From: Octopus sinensis
Taxonomy: Eukaryota
Assembly: GCF_006345805.1 (NCBI RefSeq)
Contig: NW_021833944.1
Location: 1 to 53,327, forward strand
Direction of reading: 5' to 3'
Length of the DNA: 53,327 bases
Made by a program: the position numbers and the translations under genes. The notes under the pieces were generated by a model. The model ran no database searches. It was not told where the DNA came from and saw only the letters and a list, made by a program, of their open reading frames with translations. Shown piece after piece: positions 1-10,984 of the stretch. How positions within the stretch are numbered: the first letter of the stretch is position 1; every line of letters starts with the position of its first letter.

Positions 1-82
1 TCATTATCAATGTCATTATCAGTACTATTATTGTCGTTGTTACTACTACTACTAACTACTAACTACTTCGATATTATTATTA

Positions 83-130
<48 letters not shown>

Positions 131-828
131 TATTATTATTATTATTATTATCAGCAGAGCAATAACATTATTATAAATGTATGCATAGTGCATATGATAT
201 CTACATGAACCTCGAGTGCTCTTCGTGTTTTACACGGTCTTTATGCTGCCATTAGTGTTTCAAATATTTCTTCAGGTCCCAAACTAGGAGGGATGCAATT
301 CGTGTTTGAGATCTATGACTGTTATATCACACGTTTCGGATGGCGTGTCTTCTTCAATAACTACCACTACTCAACTACCGAATTCTCACTTCCGACGAAT
401 CGACTCAACAGAACTCGACGTCTAGTCTACCGACGGCTCGGCTCGCTCTACGCGACGCTTCTTGTCTAGCATCACGTCCACTGTTAACGTATTGGACTAG
501 CTTACTTATCGTCTGGGGAGTCTACACAACAATGTCCTCTAGAGACCCTCTCTAAAAAAACGAACTGCGCTCTTGCAAAGGTTCAACTTCTAAGTAAAAT
601 ACGAAGCAGTTACTTTATTGGCAGAAAAGATGCGAAAACACCCTGTTCGTTTAGTGTCGCCATCTATTTCGGAATCCCAGACATCGAGGTACCTAGTTTA
701 TTGACTCATATCAATGAGGTAACTCTCAACGAACTGATAAAGCGTAGCTTTATACATAATTCAGTCAACGATAACTGCAGTGTATTTGCCTGTTAGTAGT
801 TGAAATATTTGACAAACATATTACAACT

Positions 829-1388
829 TCAGTTCTATATTTAAGAGATGAGGAATTATGTACATTATTTACATTATTTACATTTGACGGATATTTGTCC
901 TCGTCTTGTTTGTTGTTACACAGTGCTTCGGCTGATATACCCTCCAGCCTTCATCAGGTGTCTTGGGGAAATTTCGAACTGGGTAGTCAGATGGTTTGAA
1001 AGACGAGCTAGTTTTTGATGGACTTTATTTATATGTCTCCATTGAAGTCTAATGTCGGTCCCCAAGACACCTGATGAAGGCTGGAGGGTATATCAGCCGA
1101 AACATTGTGTTAACAATAAATAAGAAGAGATGAAATATCCGTCAAATGTAAATAATGTACATAATTCCTCATCTCTTAAATATAGAACTGTATTATCTAA
1201 TCGGTACGGAGCCGACATTAGACTTCAATGGAGGCATATAGAGAAACACCATCAAAAACTAGCTCTTCTTTCAAACTGTCTAACTACCCAGGTTCGATTT
1301 TTCCCCAAGACACCCAGTGAAGGCTAGGGGGTATATCAGCCGAAACGTTGTGTTAGCAACAAACAAGATGATGTAAATAATGTAAATA
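829..1388. mobile_element. Penelope-like element pseudo-LTR relic: one inverted copy plus ~1.3 direct copies of a 243-bp unit
   Basis: 829-1060 is the reverse complement of the unit repeated at 1061-1388 (period 243). It is flanked by the 11-bp direct repeat atattacaact (818-828, 1389-1399), a probable TSD. ORF 1130-1327 (IEKHHQKLALLSNCL) resembles a PLE N-terminus. Each unit carries a hammerhead motif. Confidence 0.75.
1066..1111 (+). ncRNA. Minimal type I hammerhead ribozyme motif (PLE-type)
   Basis: GACAC-CTGATGA-A-GGCTG-gagggtatat-CAGCC-GAAA-CATT-GTGTT: core boxes, 5-bp stem II, stem I GACAC/GTGTT. Sister copies are at 1309-1354 (+, intact GAAACGTT but core CCAGTGA) and ~916-962 (-). The consensus of the three has the palindromic stem III ACGT. 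Confidence 0.75.
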
Positions 1389-1655
1389 ATATTACAACTG
1401 ATATTTTATTATTTACTTCGGTCGGCCGATCTACTAAGCGCAAATCGGTCAACGTGTTGACTGAATTATATATGAAGCTACGGCTTTATTCAGTTCGTTT
1501 AGAGTTGTCTCTCTTTGGTACATCTCATTGATAAGCGTCAATAAACTAGAAACATCGATGTCTGGGATTCCCAATAGATGGCAACACTAAATGAACAGGA
1601 TGTTTTCACACCCTTGCCATAAGAGACATTTATTCTCCACAATATATTATATATA

Positions 1656-1710
<55 letters not shown>

Positions 1711-1734
1711 ATACATATATGTATAATATATATA

Positions 1735-1808
<74 letters not shown>

Positions 1809-1819
1809 ATCAAAACAGT

Positions 1820-1914
1820 TTGATTCAAATTCGTTGGTACTCTTGAGTTTCGAGCACGATGGCTGACAATTAGATCGTGTTTGAAGCTCAAGTGTACCAA
1901 TGAATTTGTATCAA
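1820..1914. repeat. 41-bp imperfect inverted repeat with 13-nt loop, carrying an HHR-like 3' half
   Basis: ttgattcaaattcgttggtactcttgagtttcgagcacgat / atcgtgtttgaagctcaagtgtaccaatgaatttgtatcaa. The minus strand of the left arm reads GCTC-GAAACTCAAGAGT-A-CCAAC. Confidence 0.7.
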
Positions 1915-2184
1915 CCGCTTTGACCCTTGCTGAACTCCCAATAAATTGGTCGAGTGCCCTTCTTACATTTCTTCACTCACTGGTATATATAATATATATA
2001 TAATAATATATATATATATATATATATCTATATATATATATTATATATATTATATCTATATATTCATCAAAATTTAGATTGATGATATGGACTTAAGTTA
2101 AAGGTACCAGAATTTTGTATGCTATTATCCATATAAATCAAATGGGTGATTATAATCAAAATAAGCAACAAGGATATTCAAGGT

Positions 2185-2220
<36 letters not shown>

Positions 2221-2249
2221 CGGAAGAGAGGAAGAGAAAGAGATACATT

Positions 2250-2281
<32 letters not shown>

Positions 2282-2297
2282 TATATAGTATGCGTGT

Positions 2298-2329
<32 letters not shown>

Positions 2330-2552
2330 ATTCATTCATTCGGTCCTCATTGTGTCTTGTGGCACTTGAGGTGACAACAAGATCATTCCGCCTTCCAACA
2401 ATGAAAGCATCCACGACATCTTGTCTTATCGTTAACCCTCTGCTTTTAAGATCTTAGCATCCTCCTCATTGGATCCGAATGTTGGAAAACAACCAAAAGT
2501 ATTGAAAAGAAATTGGAGGATAAATATCTCAAATCATTTACAATAATAAAAG

Positions 2553-2783
2553 TAGGGTAAGGTGAATTTCAAACCTTACAGCTGTTTCTGGGATATCCCA
2601 AGTGATAGGCTAGTATTTACGTACACTGGGTATTCCGTCATCGTAGACAAAGTGAGTATGTATGAAAGTTCCAGACAGGGAAATTCGCAGTTTATAAGGA
2701 ATAAAACAGAAGAATAAAGATGCTAGCCTATCACTTGGAATATCCCAGAAACAGCTATAAGATTGCAAATTCACCTTACCCTA
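2553..2783. repeat. ~64-bp imperfect inverted repeat (2553-2616 / 2720-2783), probable Penelope relic
   Basis: tagggtaaggtgaatttcaaaccttacagctgtttctgggatatcccaagtgataggctagtat pairs with atgctagcctatcacttggaatatcccagaaacagctataagattgcaaattcaccttacccta. Shares the 14-mer cttacagctgtttc with 19932-19945. Confidence 0.65.
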
Positions 2784-3089
2784 AATTATTAGAATTTAGG
2801 AGATACTCGTCCTGCCTTTTTTCCTCCAATACATACCTGCTAATACGGAAGCCTAATGCGGATTCTAGCTACAGACTGGGCTGTGAACTAGGAACCTAAC
2901 AGATGACCAGCGCACCTATTCGTTTAGATCACTGTAAATTAAAACCCCTCTTTTTATTCTCTCTCCCTCTCTCCTCTCTCTCCATATATATATATATATA
3001 TGCATATACATATGTATGTGTGTGTATACATACATACGTACATACATACATTTATTATATATATATACATACAGTAACATAATACATAC

Positions 3090-3138
<49 letters not shown>

Positions 3139-3374
3139 CATATCTATATATATATACATGTATATGCGTGCGTGAGTACACACATACACCTATATATACG
3201 CGTATGTGTATGTATGTAAGTGTATATATATATTAAGTGTATATATTTGTATGGATATAAATACACACATAGACATACATATATAGGTGCATGTATATAT
3301 GTATTAGTGTATATATATGTGTGCGTATATGTGTGTGTTTATATATATATATATCAATATATATTATATATATA

Positions 3375-3430
<56 letters not shown>

Positions 3431-4044
3431 AGAGAGAGAGAGAGAGAGGTATAGATATATAACTACACCCATTTATTCTTTATATACATGCTCATACATT
3501 TGTATATAAGTTACGTATAGCTAACAACTTATTTAGACATCTCCGCTGGAAGCACAAAGCTATCCTCGTTAATTAAGTGATGTAATATACATTGAATGTA
3601 GTAAGCATGGAAAAAGCACGATGCTCCCCGTATCTAAAGAACGAACACAACTATCTGTAATTCGGTTACATAAGCTATCTCAGTAACGCGGCGAGAGACT
3701 ACTCAAGGGAGATTACTCTAACGTGACTAACTGACACCGATCACTGCAATACGTTTTGTCGGCTGTAGATATAGGTCAGCTTTTCCATTTATTATTATTT
3801 TCGTTTGTTTTTGTTGTTTTTTTTCTCGCGGCGCTCTATTGAACAAATATAAATATTTGCTTGCACTTTGCGTATAAAAATATAAAGAAAAACCAAAACG
3901 AATAAATGAAAAGAAGCTGTGTCTATATTTTTCGTATATAAATAACTTTTAGCTTGCAGGAACCATCTAAGTAGTCCTATATTTAAATGCTAAAGCAGAT
4001 TTATCAAGACTTTATATTTCGAATTTGCGTTGTATGCATTTTAA

Positions 4045-4897
4045 GGCGGTGAGCTGAGAGAAACGTTAGCATGCCGGAAAAAAAACTGCTTGGCGGCATT
4101 TAATCCGTCTAGGCGGCGAGGTGGCAGAAACGTTAGCACGCCGGGCGAAATGCGTAGTCGTATTTCGTCTGCCGTTACGTGCTGAGTTCAAATTCCGCCA
4201 AGGTCGACTTTGTCTTTCATCCTTTCGGGGTCGATAAATTAAGTACCAGTTACGCACTGGGGTCGATATAATCGACTTAATCCCTTTGTCTGTCCTTGTT
4301 TGTCTCCTCTGTCCTTAGCCCCTTGTTGGTAGTAAAGAAAATAGAAATAGGTATTTCGTCTGCCGCTACATTCTGAGTTCAAATCCCGCCGAGGTCGACT
4401 TTGCCTTCATCCTTTCGGGGTCGATAAATTAAGTACCAGTTACGCACTGGGGTCGATATAATCGACTTAATCCGTTTGTCTGTCCTTGTTTGTGCCCTCT
4501 ATTGTTTAGCCCCTTGTGGGTAGTAAAGAAATAGATATAGGTATTTCGTCTGCCGTTACGTTCTGAGTTCAAATTCCGCCGAGGTCGACTTTGCCTTTCA
4601 TCCTTTCGGGGTCGATTAAATAAGTGCCAGTCACGCACCGGAGTCGATATAATCGACTTAATCCGTTTGTCTGTCCTTGTTTGTCCTCTCTGTGTTCAGC
4701 CCCTTGTGGGTAATAAAGAAATAGAAATAGGTATTTCGTCTGCCGCTACGTTCTGAGTTCAAATTCCGCCGAGGTAGACTCTGGTTTTCAACCTTTCGAA
4801 GTCGATAAATTAAGTACCAGTTTAATAGGGGAATCCATCACATCGACCTAACCCCTCCCTTAAATAATCAGGCTTTGTACATATAGTAGAAAGGATT
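4045..4897 (+). mobile_element. Nested tandem array of tRNA-derived SINE family A (Meta-domain-like), 4 units plus an older truncated head
   Basis: Head ggcggcgag(c)tggcagaaacgttagcacgccgggcgaaatgcgtag, B-box gagttcaaattcc, central gcctttcatcctttcggggtcgataaattaagtaccag. Units restart at gtatttcgtctgcc at ~4351, 4541 and 4731. Confidence 0.9.
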
Positions 4898-5153
4898 ATT
4901 ATTATTATTTTTTTAGTAAATCGGTGTGCTGGCAGAATCTTCCACTTAAATACAGAATGCCTTATAGGAATATAATTACAACCCCATGGCTGGCATTTTA
5001 TTTTATTGTAACTGGAATGACGAAAGGGTTAAGGAGATCCCGACAGGAGAACGACGGACAAAATGAAGGCATCAAGTTACCTCCCTTTACTCACTGGGTT
5101 CGTTTGCTTTTTTTTTTTCAATTATTTATATCGGCATCGATACTACTACTACG

Positions 5154-5206
<53 letters not shown>

Positions 5207-5569
5207 TTTAGTGGATGTCGGTAGTAGAAATAGAAGTAGTAGAGGCGGGTGTGGTGGTGGCTGTAGCTAGTAGTAGTAGTATTGCTGGTAGTAGTAGTAG
5301 AAGTAGTAGTAGTAGTAGTAGTGATGGTGGTAGTGGTAGTAGTAGTAGTAGTAGTGTGATGGTGGTAGTGGTAGTAGTAGTAGTAGTAGTAATATTAGTG
5401 GATGTCGGTAGTAGTAATAGAAGTAGTAGAGGCGGTGGTGGTGGTGGTGGCTGTAGGTAGTAGTAGTAAGGTAGTAGTAGTAGCAGTAGTAGCAGCAGCA
5501 GCAGTAGTAGTAGTAGTAGTAGCTATGGAACCAAGATAAAAGGAGTATAAATGATGACATTAATAACAA

Positions 5570-6724
5570 TCCTTTCTATTACAGACATAAGGCCATAATC
5601 GTTTACATCAGACCCAGCGCTCAACAGGTACTGATTCACCTCGGAACAACGAAAGACAGCTGAATCCGGTGACATTTGAACTCAAAGCATAAAGAGTCGG
5701 AATAAATCCTGCTAAGTAATTTGTCCAACGCTCTAAATGAGACTCTTTTCTACTCTAGGCACAAGGTTCGAAATTTTGGGGGAGTGTCCAGTCGATTAGA
5801 TCGACCTCAGTACGCAGCTGGTACTTAATTTATCGACCCCGATAGGATGAAAGGCAAAGTCGACTTCGGCGGAATTTGAACTCAGAACGTAACGGCAGGC
5901 GAAATACCTATTTCTTTACTACCACAAGGGGCTAAACACAGAGAGGAAAACAAGGACAGACAAACGGATTAAGTCGATTATATCGACCCCAGTGCATAAC
6001 TGGTACTTATTTAATCGGCCTCGATAGGATGAAAGGCAAAGTCGACCTCGGCGGAATTTGAACTCAGAACGTAGCGCCAGACGAAATACCTATTTCATTA
6101 CTACCCATAAGGGGCTAAACACAGAGAGGACGAACAAGGACAGACAAACGGATTAAGTCGATTATATCGACCCCAGTACGCAACTGGTACTTATTTAATC
6201 GACCCCGAAAGAATGAAAGGCAAAGTCGACCTCGGCGGAATTTGAACTCAGAACGTAGCGGCAGACGTAATACCTATTTCTTTACTACCCACAAAGGGCT
6301 AAACACAGAGGGGACAAACAAGGACAGACAAACGGATTAAGTCGATTATATCGACCCCAGTACGCAACTGGTACTTATTTAATCGAACCCGAAAGAATGA
6401 AAGGCAAAGTCGACCTCGGCGGAATTTGAACTCAGAACGTAGCGGCAGACGTAATACTTATTTCTTTACTACCCACAAAGGGCTAAACACAGAGGGGACA
6501 AACAAGGACAGACAAACGGATTAAGTCGATTATATCGACCCCATTGGGTAACTGGTACTTATTTAATGGACCCCGAAAGGATGAAAGGCAAAGTCGATCT
6601 CGGCGGAATTTGAACTCAGAACATAACAGCAGACGAAATACAGCTAAGCATTTCGTCCGGCGTGCTAACGATTCTGCCAGCTAGCTGTCTTCCAACGCAC
6701 TAATGATACTGCCTGCTCGCCGCC
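5570..6724 (-). mobile_element. Three-level nest of SINE family A: old copy split by a younger copy carrying 4 additional head-less units
   Basis: ~178-bp units with junction gacgaaatac|ctatttcttt at ~5908, 6090, 6273 and 6455. The old host copy is split between 5570-5746 and 6690-6724 with a duplicated tccaacgc(t/a)cta(a)atga. Confidence 0.85.
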
Positions 6725-6731
6725 TTTCACA

Positions 6732-6925
6732 ATAATAATCCTTTCAACTATAGGCATAAAGCCTGCAATTTTGATGAAGTGGGCTAGTGGATTACATCGG
6801 CCCTAGTGTTTGTACTTGTTCCATCGACCCCAGAAAGGATAAAAAGGAATTCGACGATGGTAGGATCTGATCTCAGAACGAACGTAAAGACAGACGAAAC
6901 GGCGCTAAACATTTTCTCCTGCTTG
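6732..6925 (-). mobile_element. Old SINE family A copy (tail type 2)
   Basis: Diverged match to cctttctactataggcacaaggcc tail and atcgaccccgaaaggatgaaaggc core. Confidence 0.65.
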
Positions 6926-7110
6926 TAACAGTCTGGAGTCAAATTGTTATGTATTGAGTTTCGAATTCCACCAGGGCCAAACTTGCATCCCTGGTTCACT
7001 AGAATTACCACCAGATCCAAACTGGCGTCGATAACATTCCACTGCTCCCCACAATCCCATCATCACCAGTGACCTGATACTTACCCGTGCTAAAAGCAAA
7101 GCTATATTGC

Positions 7111-7331
7111 TATTTCTTTATTGCCCACAAGGGGCTAAACACAGAGAGGACAAACAAGGACAGACAAACGGATTAACTCGATTACATCGACCCTAATGCG
7201 TAACTGATGCTTAATTTATCGACCCCGAAAGGATGAAAGGCAAAGTCGACCTCGGCGGAATTTGAACTCAGAACGTAACGACAGACGAAATACGACTACG
7301 CATTTCGCCCGGCGTGCTAACGTTTCTGCCA
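7111..7331 (-). mobile_element. SINE family A (tail type 1), slightly 5'-truncated, with TSD
   Basis: Full core and tail, flanked by gctatattgc (7101-7110, 7332-7341). Confidence 0.9.
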
Positions 7332-7446
7332 GCTATATTGCATCGCCGAGTAGAAAGGTGCAGAGGCACACAGTAGACAATAATAAAGAACCTTCTGGAG
7401 TCATATAGATTCATAGAGCCATTTTCCTGGCTTCTGCAGTGCATAT

Positions 7447-8060
7447 GTTAGTTAGTCAGTTTGTTAGTTAGTTAATTTTTTGGCTCAAAAAGCAAAAAGC
7501 AAGACCATGTAGGGGGACATGGAGTTATGTACAGGGTGGTGTTCACGTAAAGAGTTCAGGCCACTTGTGGTCAAGGGAGACTTTGAACCGCGCGGTCGTC
7601 GGCATCTACACTATCTCGTCCGGCAGCTTGTTCCACGGATCCGCAACCTGGACGGAGAATGCCCCTCTCCTTCGATTGAGATGAAATCGTCGCAGATATA
7701 GCTTTTCGGAGTGACCCTGCAGCCGACGCTCTGGAGCAGGAGTGAAGAACAGCTCTTTCGAGAGGTTACACTTTCCGCTTATGATGTTGTGAGCAAGAAT
7801 GAGATCACTACGGCGTCGTCGTTTTTCTAGAGAATAAAGGTCGAGCGTCTTCAGCCTTTCTTCATAAGACAAATGCTTGAGACCAAGAACCATGCGGGTA
7901 GCCAGCTTCTGGACTCTTTCGGACGGGTCGCCGGTCCGTTACAGGATTACTCATTTTGTGCCAGCCGAGTGGCCTGGAGCAACGTGAAGTATTCCAGGAA
8001 TCGAAGCCACAATCTCACGATCCCGATCCCAAACACCCTATCCACTTAGCCACACGAATA
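7447..8060 (-). mobile_element. 5'-truncated CR1/L2-type LINE, ORF2 C-terminus plus (TAAC)n tail
   Basis: ORF 7606-7893 LSYEERLKTLDLYSLEKRRRRSDLI...GHSEKL...RRRGAFSVQVADPWNKLP is the typical CR1/L2 ORF2 end. gttagttag repeats at 7447-7475 form the 3' tail. Confidence 0.85.
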
Positions 8061-8222
8061 CACAGTAAGACTAAGTTTGTTGGCGTATTTAATTTTATGC
8101 AATCATATTCTTACTGTAAATCAGCTGCACGCAAACTGCGGCTCAAGGGACTTTCTGAATGGCACACCAAAAATACTTCTATTCTGTCACTTTGCTGCTC
8201 TTATCTGATCAATAGTAATACG

Positions 8223-8455
8223 TATTTCTTTACTACCCACAAGGGACTAAACATAGAGGGGACAAACAAGGACAGAGAAAGGGATTGAGTCGATTACACC
8301 GACCCCAGTGCGAAACTGGTACTTAATTTATCGACCCCGAAAGGATGAAAAGCAAAGTCGACCTCGGCGGAATTTGAACTCGGAGCGTAACGACAGACGA
8401 AATACGGTTACGCATTTCGCCCGGCGTGCTAACGTTTCTGCCAGCTTGCCGCCTT
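8223..8455 (-). mobile_element. SINE family A (tail type 1), full length
   Basis: Complete head-to-tail match, with atcaata(g/a)taata on both flanks. Confidence 0.9.
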
Positions 8456-8464
8456 ATCAATAAT

Positions 8465-8799
8465 AATATGGCCCTTGAAGCTAGAAGACTAGCTATGATT
8501 ATGGAAGAGTTAAAGAAACAAAGCAAAGCTCATGGTTTTGCAATACCATATGAGAACTGAGTGGATAGAAAAGAAACTTAGAAAATTAAGGAACATCAGG
8601 AACTAACCAGAGAAATGAAGAGATAGTCGAAGACGAAGGTGACAATTATTCCCGTGATAATTTGTGCGCTTCGATCAAACGCGTCGACTTGCAGAAAGGA
8701 AATCCTGCTTTCTACAAGAATCCTCAGAAAGACTCTTGAGATTTGAGGAAATTTTGTTGTTACCAAACGTCAAGACATCCCTGCTAACAAAAATAACGT

Positions 8800-8800
<1 letters not shown>
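8465..8800 (+). mobile_element. R4/Dong-clade LINE 3' relic (restriction-like endonuclease region), ending in a (TAC)n/(TAA)n tract
   Basis: Translates with stops as FAIPYEN*VDRKET*KIKEHQELTREMKR*SKTKVTIIPVIICAL, matching the D..(I/V)P.......KE.EK..KY..L..E......V.IIP.IIGALG pattern of RLE-type LINEs. Confidence 0.7.
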
Positions 8801-8835
<35 letters not shown>

Positions 8836-8874
8836 TTACTTCTACTACTAATAATAATAATAGTAATAATCATC

Positions 8875-9326
8875 CATTCTACTATAGGCACAAGTCCTGA
8901 AATTTTGGGGAAGGGGGCCGGTCGGTTTCATCGATCTTGATGTTTCACTGGTACTTAATTCAATGACCCCGAAAGGGTGAAAGGCAAAGTCAACTTCGGC
9001 CGAATTTGAACCTAGACGGTCAAAATGGCGCAAAGCATTTTGTCCGGTGTGCTAACGATTCTGCCAGGTCGCCGCCTTAATAATAATAATAATATTAATA
9101 TTAATAATAATCTTTCTACTACAGACACAAGGCCTAAAATTTTGTGGGGTAGGGGGCTAGGCGATATAATCGACTCCAGTACACAACTGGTAATTAATTT
9201 TATCGATCCCGAAAGGATGAACGGCAAAGTCGACTTCGACCGAATTCGAATTCAGAATGCAAGGGAAGACGAAATACCGCTAAGCATTTCACCCCGTCTG
9301 CTAACGGCTTCTTCCAGCTAACCGCC

Positions 9327-9328
<2 letters not shown>
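8875..9328 (-). mobile_element. Two adjacent SINE family A copies (tail type 2)
   Basis: 8875-9078 and 9108-9328 each show the ctactataggcacaagg tail, the core and the gccgcc head end. Confidence 0.8.
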
Positions 9329-9401
<73 letters not shown>

Positions 9402-9403
9402 TA

Positions 9404-9826
9404 GGCGCAGGAGTGGCTGTGTGGTAAGTAGCTTGCTAACCAACCACATGGTTCCGGGTTCAGTCCCACTGCGTGGCACCTTGGGCAAGTCTCTTCTGCT
9501 ATAGCCCCGGGCCGACCAATTCCTTGTGAGTGAATTTGGTAGACGGAAACTGAAAGAAGCCTGTCGTATATATGTATATATATATATATATATAATAAGT
9601 GTGTGTGTATATGTTTGTGTGTCTGTGTTTGTCCCCCTAGCATTGCTTGGCAACCGATGCTGGTGTGTTTACGTCCCCGTTACTTAGCGGTTCGGCAAAA
9701 GAGACCGATAGAATAAGTACTGGGCTTACAAAGAATAAGTCCCGGGGTCGATTTGCTCGACTAAAGGCGGTGCTCCAGCATGGCCGCAGTCAAATGACTG
9801 AAACAAGTAAAAGAGTAAAAGAGAGA
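9404..9826 (+). mobile_element. tRNA-derived SINE family B (CORE-like) with internal (TA)n(TG)n and (AAAGAGT)n tail
   Basis: ggcgcaggagtggctgtgtggtaag A-box region, ggttcagtccc B-box, CORE-like tggcaccttgggcaagt. Confidence 0.9.
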
Positions 9827-9829
9827 ATG

Positions 9830-9887
<58 letters not shown>

Positions 9888-9889
<2 letters not shown>

Positions 9890-10444
9890 GCCCTGATGCA
9901 GTACCAGGCAGTAGCTCTCATGGCTTCTGATCTTAACTGATTGGAAGTGTTATCATGTACATTGTTTTGTCTTGGTATAAAAGATGGGTTACAGCACATA
10001 TTCTGCTCAATACCACAGATTTGCTTGTCAGTTGTTTGACCTAACCAGTTGAGCATGTCCCTTAGTGGCTGACGATATGTGCATCTCTGATCACGAGCAG
10101 AAGTAGTGGGGGAGCATCATAGCCATGTCTTGAGAGGGATTCTTTGGGGTTTGAATAATTCACCTCTGGAAACATGGGTGGTTCTTTCAACATCCTTAAA
10201 CAACCCTTATTTAGGGACCTTTTGAGCGGGATGGGCTACTCAACTTGAAGAAAATTCTAACTGGGCCCCCACCTGCAAGGTCATGTGCTGTTTATCTTGA
10301 TATGAGATCACCCTGTCGCGCACATATGGTTGTGATGCATGTGCCTGGTATACCCTTATCAGACGGGTAGTCATGATGGGTATATTAGGCTTCGTATATT
10401 TGTACCCCAGTGTCATTTTGATGGCATGCACTGCTCTCTCACTC

Positions 10445-10445
<1 letters not shown>
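9888..10445 (+). mobile_element. ~560-bp non-coding element embedded in (TAA)n (copy 1)
   Basis: Homologous end-to-end to 24083-24644 (-). Both copies have (TAA)n on both sides. No ORF or Pol III boxes seen. Confidence 0.8.
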
Positions 10446-10478
<33 letters not shown>

Positions 10479-10522
10479 TAATAACAGTGGACCACCAACT
10501 CCCGGAATGCAAAGCCTTAGTG

Positions 10523-10630
10523 CCTATTTCTTTATTACCCACAAGGGACTAAACACAGAAGGGACAAACAAGGACAGGCATAGGTGTTAAGTCGATTACA
10601 TCGACCCCAGTGCGTAACTGATACTTCATT
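10523..10630 (-). mobile_element. SINE family A 3' fragment (tail type 1)
   Basis: ctatttctttattacccacaagggactaaacacaga...gtcgattacatcgaccccagtgcgtaactg. Confidence 0.8.
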
Positions 10631-10790
10631 TATGATGATGATGATAACAACAAAGATTTCTTTTATTAACCGCAAGAACATAGATGAAAGGCGACAGTCG
10701 ACAACTTCTGGACAGTCCACAATTCACATGGACTGTTTAGAAATTATTAATAAATCTCCGAACGAGATGTAAACAGTAACCGCTCGACAA

Positions 10791-10984
10791 CGTAAATTGT
10801 ACTAGCCATCTGAATGTGGCTAGCCACTGGTGGTGGGTGTTACTGACGCTTTTAGCCCCAGGAGATCGACGTCTCCAGCTGGCTTTAGACACACAGCTGT
10901 AGACGATGATCTCCTGGGGCTAAAAGCTTCAGTAACACCCACCCCCAGTGGCTAGCCACATTCAGATGGCTAGTACACTTTACG
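10791..10984. repeat. ~195-bp fold-back hairpin (arms ~77-90 bp)
   Basis: cgtaaattgtactagccatctgaatgtggctagccactgg...ggagatc is mirrored by gatctcctggggc...tggctagtacactttacg. Inner arms cgtctccagctg/cagctgtagacg leave a loop of ~12-15 nt. Confidence 0.8.

Larger units (their letters stand above)
634..1607. mobile_element. Fold-back/MITE-like element with ~140-bp imperfect inverted arms (634-775 and 1453-1607), interrupted centrally by a Penelope-like insert
   Basis: ccctgttcgtttagtgtcgccatctatttcggaatcccagacatcgaggtacctagtttattgac (641-705) is the near reverse complement of gtcaataaactagaaacatcgatgtctgggattcccaatagatggcaacactaaatgaacagga (1537-1600). Homology continues inward (706-775 vs 1453-1535). 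Confidence 0.55.

Noticed and set aside
4340-4360. AG|GTATTT junction read as a back-splice donor
   Set aside because: The resumption point in the full SINE is not preceded by an acceptor AG, and the GT is retained in the product.
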